A DNA stretch of 64,000 bases from the human T2T-CHM13v2.0 reference genome, Homo sapiens. Below, piece by piece: positions 1 to 22,869 of the stretch. The translations under genes were made by a program, and so were the position numbers. Under the pieces are notes generated by a model. That model searched no databases and had not been told where the DNA came from. It worked only from the letters and a program-made list of their open reading frames with translations. Each line of letters starts with the position of its first letter. The stretch's first letter is position 1. The stretch lies in the NCBI RefSeq assembly GCF_009914755.1, contig NC_060946.1; one strand, given 5' to 3'.

Positions 1-257
1 AGGAAGGGGCCTGGGCAGTCTGGACCTGGGAGGAGAGGCGCTGCCCCTAGCTAGATTATTTAGTTAGGAGACTGACTTCAGCTCTGCTACTTCCTTCCTG
101 GCTGTGTGATCCTGAGCAAGTTGGGCCACCTTTCCGAGAGAGAGAGCCCTCACTGCTCACCTTGGTGAGTGTTTTGGAGTGGTGGATGAAGGCCTGTAGG
201 TAGGGCTGGCTCAAGCAACCAAGCAAACCTGAATCAATTAAAAAAAAAAAAAAAAAA

Positions 258-1455
<1,198 letters not shown>

Positions 1456-2023
1456 GTGACAACTACAAAAACAAACATTTGCTGACATAATCACAATGTC
1501 ATTGTTACACTTTACATAATTGACAACAGTTCTCTGACATCAGCTGGTCATAGTCACCTCTCCTAGATGGGCCACAGAAGTCTTTCTAGACTTGGTTTGT
1601 CACCTCAGGACCCAGTGAGACTCACACATTCATTATGTTTGGCTGTTAGGCCTCTTAGGTTCCTTTTAACTAGGGTGATTGTATAATTAGTGTCTAAATT
1701 GGGAACCTTGTGAGAATGAAATGAAAGGGGGCCATATATGTGGCCACACAGGGGCAGCAAATGTACACTGGGATGGCCCTGGGTCCTTGGCCACTTCTGT
1801 TGAAGTCCCCTTTGAGGAGGGATAGCCTGTCTGGTGTCGTCCTCTGGCAAGTCCCACTTCCCGGGTTTGCGTCTGTTACGGTCTGCTGGTGGGTTGCTTC
1901 CTCCTCTGCCTGTATTTCTTGGACAGTTGCTCTAAAGCTCGATTGGATTCAGGCTCAGTTCCTTCAGTATATTTGTGTTCGTGGGTGCCTACACTAGTGT
2001 GGGGCTACTCACTTCTGTGTCAC

Positions 2024-2121
2024 ATGGAGAGGCCCAGCTTGCCTGGGGGTCCCACTTTCTGGAGCATTGAGAGTGAGCCCTCCACTGATTGTTGGACCAA
2101 CAGCACCTGTAGCCCCCCAAG
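2024..2121 (+). other. Candidate exon A of an unannotated upstream gene or pseudogene (MERPSLPGG...CSPPR)
   Basis: Lies in ORF 1889..2125. ATG at 2024; strong donor AAG|GTGAGG at 2121/2122 in phase 2, which joins in frame to candidate exon B. Confidence 0.4.
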
Positions 2122-2310
2122 GTGAGGTTGGTGAGATGGGGCATGTTGGCCCCTGTCAGCAGTGGCTCTAGGTATTGTTCATGGTGTTCTTTGGGGCCCC
2201 CTCCCTTTCCTGTTGGAGGGACTGCGTGAAGACCCCATACCACTGTGTCTGGCTCCCACTCTACCTGCTCCAGCTGCAAGGTAGGCACTCACTGGCACCT
2301 TTTGTTGCAG

Positions 2311-2668
2311 ACACCAAGAAGACGAGAAAGAAGCCAAGACAGAAGAAACCAGAACCCAACCTCTTGTGGGACCGGTTGACCTCCCCATGCCTGCCACCAA
2401 CCCTGCTGCCACCTCTGCCGCTACCACCACCATGGTCTCCGTGGTGACCTCATCACCCCCTGGCACCTGGGGCTGCCTTGCTTGCCTAAAGCCAAGTAGG
2501 TGGAGCCCCTTGGTGCCTTCAACCCCCACCCAACGCCTTAACCAGAGCAAACCCCGTTTATCTGCTTTGTGCATCAAGACCCTGTCTGCAAAGAGGGGTC
2601 TGCTGCTTAAAAGCAGAGGGCTGAGATCCACGGCTACAGGCCCAGGAGAGCCCCTGGGATTGTTCTGA
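2311..2668 (+). other. Candidate exon B of the upstream gene or pseudogene (HQEDEKEAKTEETRTQPLVGPVDLPMPATNPAATSAATTT...GLF*)
   Basis: Acceptor ccttttgttgcag| at 2310; purine-rich GAAGA-type exon start; frame open from 2312 to TGA at 2668 (same frame as ORF 2366..2668). Confidence 0.45.
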
Positions 2669-3714
2669 GCAGGGGGCACCCAGGACTGCCTGGAGTGGGG
2701 GAGGCTCCCACTGACCGACTTGCAGGGCAGTGGAGGGAAGGGACCAAAGACCGTAGGCATAGTGTAGACCAGACAGGATCCTGGGGCTCCCAAAGGACAG
2801 GTGGAAAACCAGGGGGCCCCTCCCACATCTCCAGCCCCACTCCTGCCTCTCCCTGTGGGCATGGCTCCCCATGCTACCCTCTGCCTGCAGTGCACTGGGT
2901 TAGAGCCAGGATGGTGTCTGGCCCCAGGGAGGTGCGGAGGCATGCTTACCAGGGGAAGCCAGGGCAATGGAGCTTGGGCAGGCTGTTTCCAGCCACATAT
3001 GAGAAATGGAAGCCTCCAGGGTTGAGAACCAAGGGAGTCAGATCAACCAGTCAGATCAACCATGTGGCTGCAAGACAGGGCAGAGAGGGGACGTCAGCCC
3101 CAGGCCCCTCCACACCTCATGTGCAGTTCTACAGCACGGGCACAGGCACTGCCTACACAGAGCCAACCTCTGAGCCCAGACCCCTCCACTGTAAAATGAG
3201 AATAAGCACTCAGGATGGTTGTGAGGATTCACTAACAGACTGAGAAGAAATGGTGACCTAGGCTGGCACATGGGACACTCCCCAAGATGCTCCTTTTTCA
3301 TTTCCCTCAAGCCCAGAGTAAACCCCTTCGACCTCCTTGGGTTTCGTGACAGGCCATTCCAGTTTAATTTCACTTCAGATCTTGAAATGTCCAAATTCTT
3401 CACCTGGAGGATAGAAAGGAAATCTCAGGATAAGTTTGTTGGCCTCATTTGAAGAAAAGTACCTTATAGAAGAGCCATAAGAATGACGTGGCTTTCATTC
3501 ACTCAGCAGATACATTGGGACCATCTCTTGTGCCCACCTTGAGCTTGGTTAGGGGTACAGGAGATGGGGTCGGGGGCGCTGGGAACTAAGGAGGTCTGAA
3601 CCCAGCCTGGGGGATGGAGGACTGCCTGGAGGTGGAGGCCAGACCTGAATGAGTCACACAGGCTAAGTGGGGAGTCAAGAGGTGCAGGCAGTTAGGCCAC
3701 CACACCTGGCCGCT

Positions 3715-3980
3715 CATCTTTTTCAGCATTGAATAATATTCCATTGCCTGGATATGCCACATTTTATCATTCGCCCAATGAAGGATATCCTGGTTGCCTC
3801 CAAGTTTTGCAATTATGAATAAAGCAGTATAAACATCTGTGTGGAGGTTTTAGAGTATACATAACTTTTCAACTCATTTGGGTAAATACCAAGGAGCATG
3901 CTTGCTGAATCATAGGGTACGATAGCCAAACTGTCTTCCAAAAAGACTGTACCATTTTGCATCCAGCAATGAATAAGAAT
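3715..3980 (-). mobile_element. Old L1 (L1M-type) fragment, antisense
   Basis: L1 3'-region motifs: aataatattccattg, tttgggtaaataccaagga, ctgtaccattttgcatcc. Confidence 0.65.
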
Positions 3981-3991
3981 TCAAAGGCCTT

Positions 3992-7900
<3,909 letters not shown>

Positions 7901-7982
7901 GTCTCTACCTCTTCCGTACTTCACGTCTCGCTGTGTTCTGGTTCATGCCTATCAGCCTGCAAACGTGCTGCAGAGCCTTCTA

Positions 7983-8534
<552 letters not shown>

Positions 8535-8632
8535 TCACCTGCTCTTTGTTTTCTCTCGACTTCAGCGGCCTCTCTTTTCAGGTTCCCAGCGACTTCTTGT
8601 TGCTAAATCTAGTATTCAATCCTCAGTCCTCA

Positions 8633-11280
<2,648 letters not shown>

Positions 11281-11388
11281 TAGGTATTTAGTAAGCATTT
11301 GCTGAGTAAGCAAAGATTACTCACTTCCAAAGACTTCGTCCTCTTTATAAAGGTGGTGGTGGTAGCATTATCTTCCTCTCTTCTTCAG

Positions 11389-11438
11389 GTACATTACCTG
11401 TGCTGAATACACTCACTTTTATGGTGGCAAGAAGCCAG
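11389..11438 (+). CDS. PPIL2: PPIL2 exon 2 (YITCAEYTHFYGGKKP)
   Basis: ttcttcag| ... CCAG|gtaagg; 50 nt; frame continuous. Confidence 0.95.
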
Positions 11439-12041
11439 GTAAGGCATGCAGTCTTTCTGTTCCCCGTTGGGGGAGTGGTATTAAGGAACTGTGTCTTCAG
11501 GATACAGTGAGCTGTAAAAATAGACAACAAGAACACGGAAACTATGGTAGACGAATGGGCTGAGGACACAGTTCATGAAAGAGAAATATACTCAAGATAG
11601 AAGAACCTGCTTCATCTTAGTGGTGATTTTTGTAAAATGTAATTTAAAATATTCCCCGATGCTGGGAGCTAAGTAAAAAATAAATAAGTAAATAAAATAC
11701 AAAATTACATGTACATTTAAATGTTTTTTCTCTATCAAGTTTATAAGGAATAAAAAGAATGATAATATTTTCAGCTGTCAAAACTATCAAGACTACAATA
11801 ACAAGAGCACTGTCATAATTTTAATGGAAGTAAAAAGTATGCACTTTTCCCAGTAAGTTCTTTTTTGATGTACCCCAAGTGTTTTGGTTTATCTGTTAAA
11901 AGGTTTTTAATCCACAGCAATTGCTGTACTTAAAAATTTGCATGAACTTTTTCATAAGCTGTAACTGAATTGCTAGCAGGTGCACATAGATGAAATACTT
12001 TACAGAGTAAGATTTCTGTTTTTTATTTCATTTTTAAACAG

Positions 12042-12087
12042 ATCTCCCACAAACAAATTTTCGTCGTTTACCTTTTGACCACTGCAG
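12042..12087 (+). CDS. PPIL2: PPIL2 exon 3 (DLPQTNFRRLPFDHCS)
   Basis: aaacag| ... CAG|gtaaga; 46 nt. Confidence 0.95.
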
Positions 12088-12472
12088 GTAAGAGTTTTGC
12101 GAGTTTACCTTTCCCTTGTAATTGTTCTCTGATCCTGTCTGATAGTGAATCTGCCCCTTGTGGATGTGGGGTTATGCGTAAAAGTGTGCCTTGAAGATGT
12201 GGCCCTTCAGTTCATGTTGGGAGAAGATGCAGAGTCCTCGTCATGATGTTAGGAGCTTGCCTTGGTGTTGGATCCTGCTCTAGACCTTCACCAGGGGTGG
12301 CACAAACACTATTGTAGTTGGAGGAGAAGGTTGGTGAGAGAGGGAGGTGGCCAGGCTGCCCAGAGAGGGCTCCCTGGGACAGCATTTCAGGAGGTCACCA
12401 TGCCAGTCTCAGCCAGCCCACATCCTGACCAGGGTGCGTGGCAACTCACCAGGAATGACTGTCCTTTTTCAG

Positions 12473-12535
12473 TCTCTCTCTGCAGCCCTTTGTCTACCCA
12501 GTCTGCACTCCCGATGGCATCGTCTTTGACTTACT
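12473..12535 (+). CDS. PPIL2: PPIL2 exon 4 (LSLQPFVYPVCTPDGIVFDLL), U-box
   Basis: tttttcag| ... CT|gtgagt; 63 nt; U-box-like pattern. Confidence 0.95.
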
Positions 12536-13225
12536 GTGAGTTTTTCCTTGAATTTTGATCTAACAAATGTGAGATTCTCAACACCCATTAAGGAAGGGGA
12601 CCCTTGGTACCCTTGGGTAGGGCTCTTGGGCACACAGAAGTAACAGCTAGGGCCTTGGGGACATGGCAGCAATGCTGCTGTGACCCTTGGGCAGGCAGCT
12701 CTAGTTGTCAGGTACTGCTGTCACTGCCTGGAATGGGGTAGACCACCCCCTACCCCTCCAAGTGCAGGCATGAGCCACTGCACCTGGCCTGAAAATGAAT
12801 TTTTAGGAAATTTCAGCCTTATTTTAGAAAAAGAAAATTTTACCACAGTCCCACTATCCAAGATAACCACTGTAAATATGCTAATTTTTTGTGAACTTAT
12901 TTGTAGTAACATGATTGAGATAACACTGTGAACACTGTGAAGTGTTGACAGGTAACACTCTGTGGATCTATTTATTCACTTGGTTGTGATGAGAGCTTTT
13001 TTCCCCGTGTGATTCAGAATTCTCTGAAAGTATAGTTTTTCTTTGTTCTTTTCTTTTTTTTTTATTTGAGACAGGGTCTCACTATGTTGCCCAGGCTGGT
13101 CTTGAACTCCTGCGCTGAAGCAGTCCTTCCACCTCAGCCTCCTGAGTAGCTGAGATTTCAGGCACACACCATCACCATGCCTGGCTTGAAAGTATAGTTT
13201 TTGATGCTAGCTTAGTATTTAATTA

Positions 13226-13378
<153 letters not shown>

Positions 13379-13805
13379 TTAGCCAGCCATGGTGGTGTGC
13401 ACCTGTAGTCCCAGCTACTTGGAAGCTGAGGTGGGAGGATCGCTTGAGCCCAGGGGTTGGAGGCTGCAGTGAGCCATGACTGAAACACTGCACTCCAGCC
13501 TGAGTGACAAGGCGAAACCTTGTCTCAAAGAAAAAAAACCCAAACCATTTACTTACTCATTTTCACCTGTAGTTTTTGTTGTTTATACATAACTACAGTA
13601 ATAACTCTGAACATATTTTGAAACCTATGTATCCACAAATATCCCCCAACTTCCTGAGACAAGATGAGGAGCTCTTCCTCTCCTAAAGTGAAGCAAGACC
13701 CCTTCACAGGCCTCTAACCTGGAAGCAGCCCTGCAAGACCACAGTGTTGTTACCAGGTGGCGCCTAAGCACCCTGGTGATGCTTTCTGTTCTGTCTTCCC
13801 TTCAG

Positions 13806-13857
13806 GAACATTGTTCCATGGCTTAAGAAGTACGGGACCAACCCCAGCAATGGAGAG
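13806..13857 (+). CDS. PPIL2: PPIL2 exon 5 (NIVPWLKKYGTNPSNGE), U-box
   Basis: ttcag| ... GAG|gtaggt; 52 nt. Confidence 0.95.
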
Positions 13858-14074
13858 GTAGGTGGCTGTGCAGGAGTTTCAGTGATGCTAGTGAATGCTA
13901 TCCTCTCACTTCTCCTTTTGTTCTGGTGGTTTTCATGAACACAGGAACATGGGAGAGAACCGTTCATGGGGCCCAGTGAGGAGGGACAGTCTTCCCCTCC
14001 TCTCCCCACACCCATTCTTTTCCAGAAATGCTTCCGGCCTGTGCACGTGTATATATGTGCATGTCTTTTCTTGG

Positions 14075-14205
14075 GCCATAGCTGTGACCTCGTCTTAACT
14101 TGATTCTATCTGCAAAGACCCTATATAAACCTTTGATTATATCCAAGTCAGGCCACATTCACAGGTTCCCAGTGAGCATCAGTTTTGTGGGGACATTATG
14201 CAGCC
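14075..14205. mobile_element. MaLR (MLT1-like) LTR fragment
   Basis: atctgcaaagaccctat...ggccacattcacaggttcc...ggggacattatgcagcc motifs. Confidence 0.55.
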
Positions 14206-16022
14206 TGGTTCCGAGGGAGATCTAGTGTATTTTACCAGTGACCTTGCCCTTCCTGTTGGAATTACTTGCATGTATTCCTCCACCTCTTTCCTATGGCCTG
14301 GGGCAAGAGCTCAAACTGTGCGAGACGGAGGGTCGGGACTCCGGTGGGCTCCCTGTGCTGGAGCCGCTGGGAGGGAGCTCCCTGGACAATATGACCCTCC
14401 CTACCGGGCCAGCAGGAGAAGCTGGCAGCCCATCTGTCTCAGCTCTTCTGGCCCTTGTGGTGTTCTGGGGGCTGCAGGGTTCTGGGGACTCTTTGTAGAT
14501 GGAGTTGGTGCTCCTCCAAGGCTTCCCTGCTCTCCAGTACAAGGGGAACTTGGCCAGGGGGCTGGTTTTTGAGTGTTCTTGGACCAGCGACTAAAGCCCG
14601 TGGCTTTTCTCTTTCAAATGCTTGGGTAGGGGGCTTGTGGCCTCACCTCCTTAGGGAGGGCACTCTTCTTCCTTGGTCTTTGTCACTTGAAGACTGTTTC
14701 TGTGATGTCTGCTGCTGGGAGCCACATTGGATCCCAGGGGCTTCCCCCAAGGTCCGTGCCCCAGTCTGGGAAGTCATTCTCTGTTGCTCTTCTCAGCAGA
14801 GGTTCCTGCTGCCTGCCTGTGCCCTGTGTGGCTGGGTGTCGGCCTCAGGGAGCAGCCTGGTGGCAAGGTGGGGGTAGGTGGGGTTTTCCTGTCCACAGCT
14901 GCCCTCATGGCCCCTGCTGTCCCAGTGGATTCTGTCATTTGGTTGCAGCTGGGATGCATTTTGCTACTTTGGGTGTTTTGCTTCACAGGTACTCTTTGGG
15001 GTTCCCAAACTTGTCGATTGTGCTGGCCCCCACACCCACAAAGTCTGATCTGGCAGTTAGCCACGCTGTTAGGGCTTACATCAGGGAGGTGTGGCCATTT
15101 CTTTGTTCCAGGCATCATGTTGGGGTGAGTCTGCAGGAGCGCCCTACACGTCTTTATCCTGTGCCTGCGCCTCTCCCTTGGCCTGCTCTGGAAGGGACCT
15201 TGCTGTGTGCTTGCTTGGCCAGACCTATGGGTGTCAGCAGAGCCTTGCTAGCCAAACCTCTGAGGAGAGTTCCTGGGCCAAGGGCTGGCTGGCCCATGTG
15301 ACTTTTGGGGGCTCAGGAGGAGCCTGTTGTGTTGGGGAGTCTCTCTGCTCAGGTCCTGTGTCTGAATAGGGACCCTGCTGGCCCTCTGGTGGTCTCCTCC
15401 ACACCTGTAGTGATGTAGGGAGGTGGGGGTAGTTGAATGACAAAGGAAGGAACGAAGGTGGTTAGAGGAGCAGATGCGGTCAGTTGGGTTGGCCAGCAGC
15501 AGGCAGGGCCCACGGAGGGCGGGGAGGGCAGCTTAAGGACCTGCTGCCAGCTTAGGGCCCAGCCCCAGGAGGCTCCCGCTGTGTCTCCCCTGGGCCTGGG
15601 TAGGCATAGCTGGGCCCAGCCCACACCAGGTGGCAGCAGCTGCTGGATTGTGGCCCTGAGTGAGGTGCTCCCCAGCAGCACATAGCTCTGCCTCCCTTCC
15701 AGGGTCTCCCCACAGCCCCGCCCCCAGCAGTTCCCACCTCCGGTTGTCCAGACTTTGTTTTATGGGAAAGTTTGCTGTGGAAGAGCTGTACTGCAGACAC
15801 ACCACAGAAACTGAAAACATTACCTGCCACCTGGGGTAGGGGAAATAAGAAAAAAGAAAAAACATCCAGAAACAGAAAAATAGAGTCCCATCTTCCCAAC
15901 ACAACCATTCTTAGCATTGGAGTGTATTTCTTACTTTCTCCCCACTTTTAATGTTTTGTTTTTCTTAAATATTCATATGACAGAGCACTTTGGGAGGCTC
16001 AGGTGGGCAGATCATGAGGTCA

Positions 16023-16325
<303 letters not shown>

Positions 16326-16539
16326 TCAGAGCGTGGTGGGGGTGCCACATAAACACAACTGCCCGACGCCATCCTGCAGCCCCCGTGAGGTCCTTGCAGG
16401 GTCTTGGGGCCTTCCCTTTTGTCCAGAGCTGCACAAGGTTGGCCTAGTCAGAGACTTTTCCTGCCTGTCTCTGACCCTAGCATCTCTGTGCATCAGTTAC
16501 TTATTCATTATCATTAATTATTAACTGTGCTTCTTCCAG

Positions 16540-16591
16540 AAGCTGGACGGGAGGTCCCTGATCAAGCTGAACTTTTCCAAGAACAGTGAGG
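16540..16591 (+). CDS. PPIL2: PPIL2 exon 6 (KLDGRSLIKLNFSKNSE)
   Basis: ttccag| ... GAGG|gtgagt; 52 nt. Confidence 0.95.
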
Positions 16592-16794
16592 GTGAGTGGA
16601 ACTATCACAGCCAATTCTGGGCTTGACCTGCAGACCCAAGGGCCCAGCTCTCACCAGTTTTCATACGGAATCAGTCATTGCTTTCTGACCAAGCTAGACA
16701 CCTGCTTTTAATTCCGCAAAAAGTGTCACAGGGCTGGGCACGGTGGCTCACACCTGTAAACCCAGCAGTTTGGGAGGCCGAGGCGGATGGTTCA

Positions 16795-17226
<432 letters not shown>

Positions 17227-17716
17227 TCATGCTGGGAACCAAGGCGGCAGCTGAGTAGGGGATGTGGGTGGTCTGGAGGGATTTGTCCAGTAGCTCTTGG
17301 GCTAGGCTTTTCTTTGCCACAGCTCATAGAGCCCAGCCCAGTGCTGCGGCTCCTGCTTCATGCCCATTACACACCTTCCGCTGTTCTTGTGGCCAGAGGC
17401 CCGGATGAGTTGTGCAGCCCACCCCTGCCCAGGTGGTGATCTTGTGCTAGGTTCTAGCCCAGGTCTTTTGCCTGTGGAGATGCTATGGCTTAGGGGTTGT
17501 CCTTGCTTACTGGGTGCATGCATTCCAGGGAGATGCTGTAGCACCTGAGGCCAAGGCCCTTTTGCCCCGCTTGTCTGAGCCCAGAGCCCGGTCCCCAGTC
17601 GGTGCAGCATTCGCAGGTGAATGAATGGGTGAACCTCAGCACGTCATTGACGTCGGTGGAGGACACGGCGCTCCACCCTGGTGGCCGAGGGTGGGCTGCC
17701 TCCCCTCCTGTGATCA

Positions 17717-17719
<3 letters not shown>

Positions 17720-17758
<39 letters not shown>

Positions 17759-17783
17759 TCATTCAGCAAATATTTATTTATTT

Positions 17784-17820
<37 letters not shown>
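17720..17820 (+). repeat. Two GT microsatellites: (GT)19 at 17720-17757 and (GT)16 at 17789-17820
   Basis: Directly visible. Confidence 0.95.
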
Positions 17821-17824
<4 letters not shown>

Positions 17825-19198
17825 GTTTATTTTTTATTTCTCCAAACCTCTTTTTTTTTTTATTGATCATTCTTGGGTGTTTCTCACAGAGGGGGATTTG
17901 GCAGGGTCATAGGACAATAGTGGAGGGAAGATCAGCAGATAAACAAGTGAACAGAGGTCTCTGGTTTTCCTAGGCAGAGGACCCTGCGGCCTTCTGCAGT
18001 GTTTGTGTCCCTGGGTACTTGAGATTAGGGAGTGGTGATGACTCTTAACGAGCATGCTGCCTTCAAGCATCTGTTTAACAAAGCACATCTTGCACCGCCC
18101 TTAATCCATTTAACCCTGAGTGAACACCGCACATGTTTCAGAGAGCACAGGGTTGGGGGTAAGGTCATAGATCAACAGCATCCCAAGGCAGAATTTTTCT
18201 TAGTACAGAACAAAATGGAGTCTCCTATGTCTACTTGTTTCTACACAGACACAGCAACAATCTGATTTCTGTATCTTTTCCCCACATTTCCCCCTTTTCT
18301 ATTCGACAAAACCACCATCGTCATCATGGCCTGTTCTCAATGAGCTGTTGGGTACACCTCCCAGATGGGGTGGCAGCCGGGCAGAGGGGCTCCTCACTTC
18401 CCAGAAGGGGCGGCCGGGCAGAGGCGCCCCTACCTCCCGGACGGGGCGGCGGCCAGGCGGGGGCTGCCCCCCACCTCCCTCTTGGACGGGGCGGCTGGCC
18501 GGGCGGGGGCTGCCCCCCACCTCCCTCCCGGACGGGGCGGCTGCCGGGCGGAGACGCTCCTCACTTCCTAGACAGGGCGGCTGCCGGGCAGAGGGGCTCC
18601 TCGCTTCTCAGACGGGGCGGCTGCCGGGCGGAGGGGCTCCTCACTTCTCAGACGGGGCGGCCGGGCAGAGACACTCCTCACCTCCCAGATGGGGTTGCAG
18701 CCAGGCAGAGGCGCTCCTCACATCCCAGACGATGGGTGGCTGGGCAGAGACGCTCCTCACATCCCAGACAGGGTGGCGGCCGGGCAGAGGCTGCAATCTC
18801 GGCACTTTGGGAGGCCAAGGCAGGCGGCTGGGAGGTGGAGGTTGTAGCTAGCCGAGATCACGCCACTGCACTCCAGCCTGGGCAACATTGAGCACTGAGT
18901 GAACGAGACTCCGTCTGCAATCCCGGCACCTCGGGAGGCCGAGGCTGGCAGGTCACTCGCGGTTAGGAGCTGGAGACCAGCCTGGCCAACACAGCAAAAC
19001 CCCGTCTCCACCCAAAAAATACGAAAACCAGTCAGGCGTGGCGGCGCGCGCCTGCAATCCCAGGCACTCGGCAGGCTGAGGCAGGAGAATCACGCAGGGA
19101 GGTTGCAGTGAGCCGAGATGGCAGCAGTACAGTCCAGCTTTGGCTCGGCATCAGAGGGAGACCCTGGGGAGCGGGAGCGGGAGAGGGAGAGGGAGGGA
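17779..19198 (-). mobile_element. SVA retrotransposon, antisense to PPIL2 in intron 6, with short VNTR (older subfamily likely)
   Basis: On the - strand: CCCTCT-type hexamers at about 19165-19198, Alu-like region about 18790-19160, GC-rich VNTR about 18350-18790, SINE-R about 17861-18350, then poly(A). TSD CAGCAAATATTTATT at 17764-17778 and 19199-19213. Confidence 0.95.
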
Positions 19199-19691
19199 CA
19201 GCAAATATTTATTGAGTGCCTGCCATGTGCAGAGAGCACAACAGGCTGTGTCTCTCCTGAATGAGAGGAGCATGCATTCTGGTGGGGGAGAACACCAGAG
19301 AGCAGCTCAGCAGGGTGTGCCAGAGGCTGCTTGTGTGTGGAGAGCACAGCAGGGGGAGGGGAGAGGGCCGCCCTGACCCGCTGCAGGGAGGGAGAGCCGT
19401 GTGGGCATCGGGGGAGTGCAGGGCCAGGCTGATGGCACAGCCAGTGCAAAGACCCTGAGGTGGGCGCACGCTCAAGGGTGTCTGTGCCCAGCTGGGAGTC
19501 CAATGTGGCTGGAACAGCGTGTGCTAGCGGTGGAAGCAGGGGATGTGGTGACAGAGGTCAGGGGTGGGGATGGTGTGCAGAGCAGTCCTGTGGGGCCTGG
19601 GAGCCACAGGAGGACTTGGGCTTCCGCTCCAAGATGAGAGCCACTGAGGGAGGAATGAGGTCCAGCCTTTTTTTTTCTTTTAAAACTTTGA

Positions 19692-22498
<2,807 letters not shown>

Positions 22499-22777
22499 CT
22501 AGCATGGTGATCACCCAGGGGTGGGCTGGAGGATCTGAGGAAGACGATGCCGGGATTGGGTCTTGCAGGATGAATAGGAGTTTCCTAACGGTGTGGAAGG
22601 GCTTGAGGGGGTGAGCAGCTGTCCCCATGGTTCCCTGCTCTGGCAGCTGACATGGGGTTCCACCTCCTCCCATCGCTGACTTTGGAGTTCTGTCCTGCCC
22701 TGGCCCTCTGCGGTCCTCACTGGGATGTTCACAGCCCACAGAGGTGACTGGCCTCCCTGTGTGTGCCTTCTCTCTAG

Positions 22778-22869
22778 GGAAGTACCACTGCCCAGTGCTG
22801 TTTACCGTGTTCACCAACAACACCCACATCGTGGCTGTGAGGACGACCGGCAACGTCTACGCCTATGAG
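22778..22869 (+). CDS. PPIL2: PPIL2 exon 7 (GKYHCPVLFTVFTNNTHIVAVRTTGNVYAYE)
   Basis: tctctag| ... GAG|gtgtgt; 92 nt; within ORF 22744..23187. Confidence 0.95.

Noticed and set aside
2179-2967. 262-aa minus-strand ORF
   Set aside because: Pro/Gly-rich product of GC-rich DNA; the splice signals support the + strand instead.
18235-18891. 218-aa and 167-aa ORFs
   Set aside because: Translations of the SVA VNTR.
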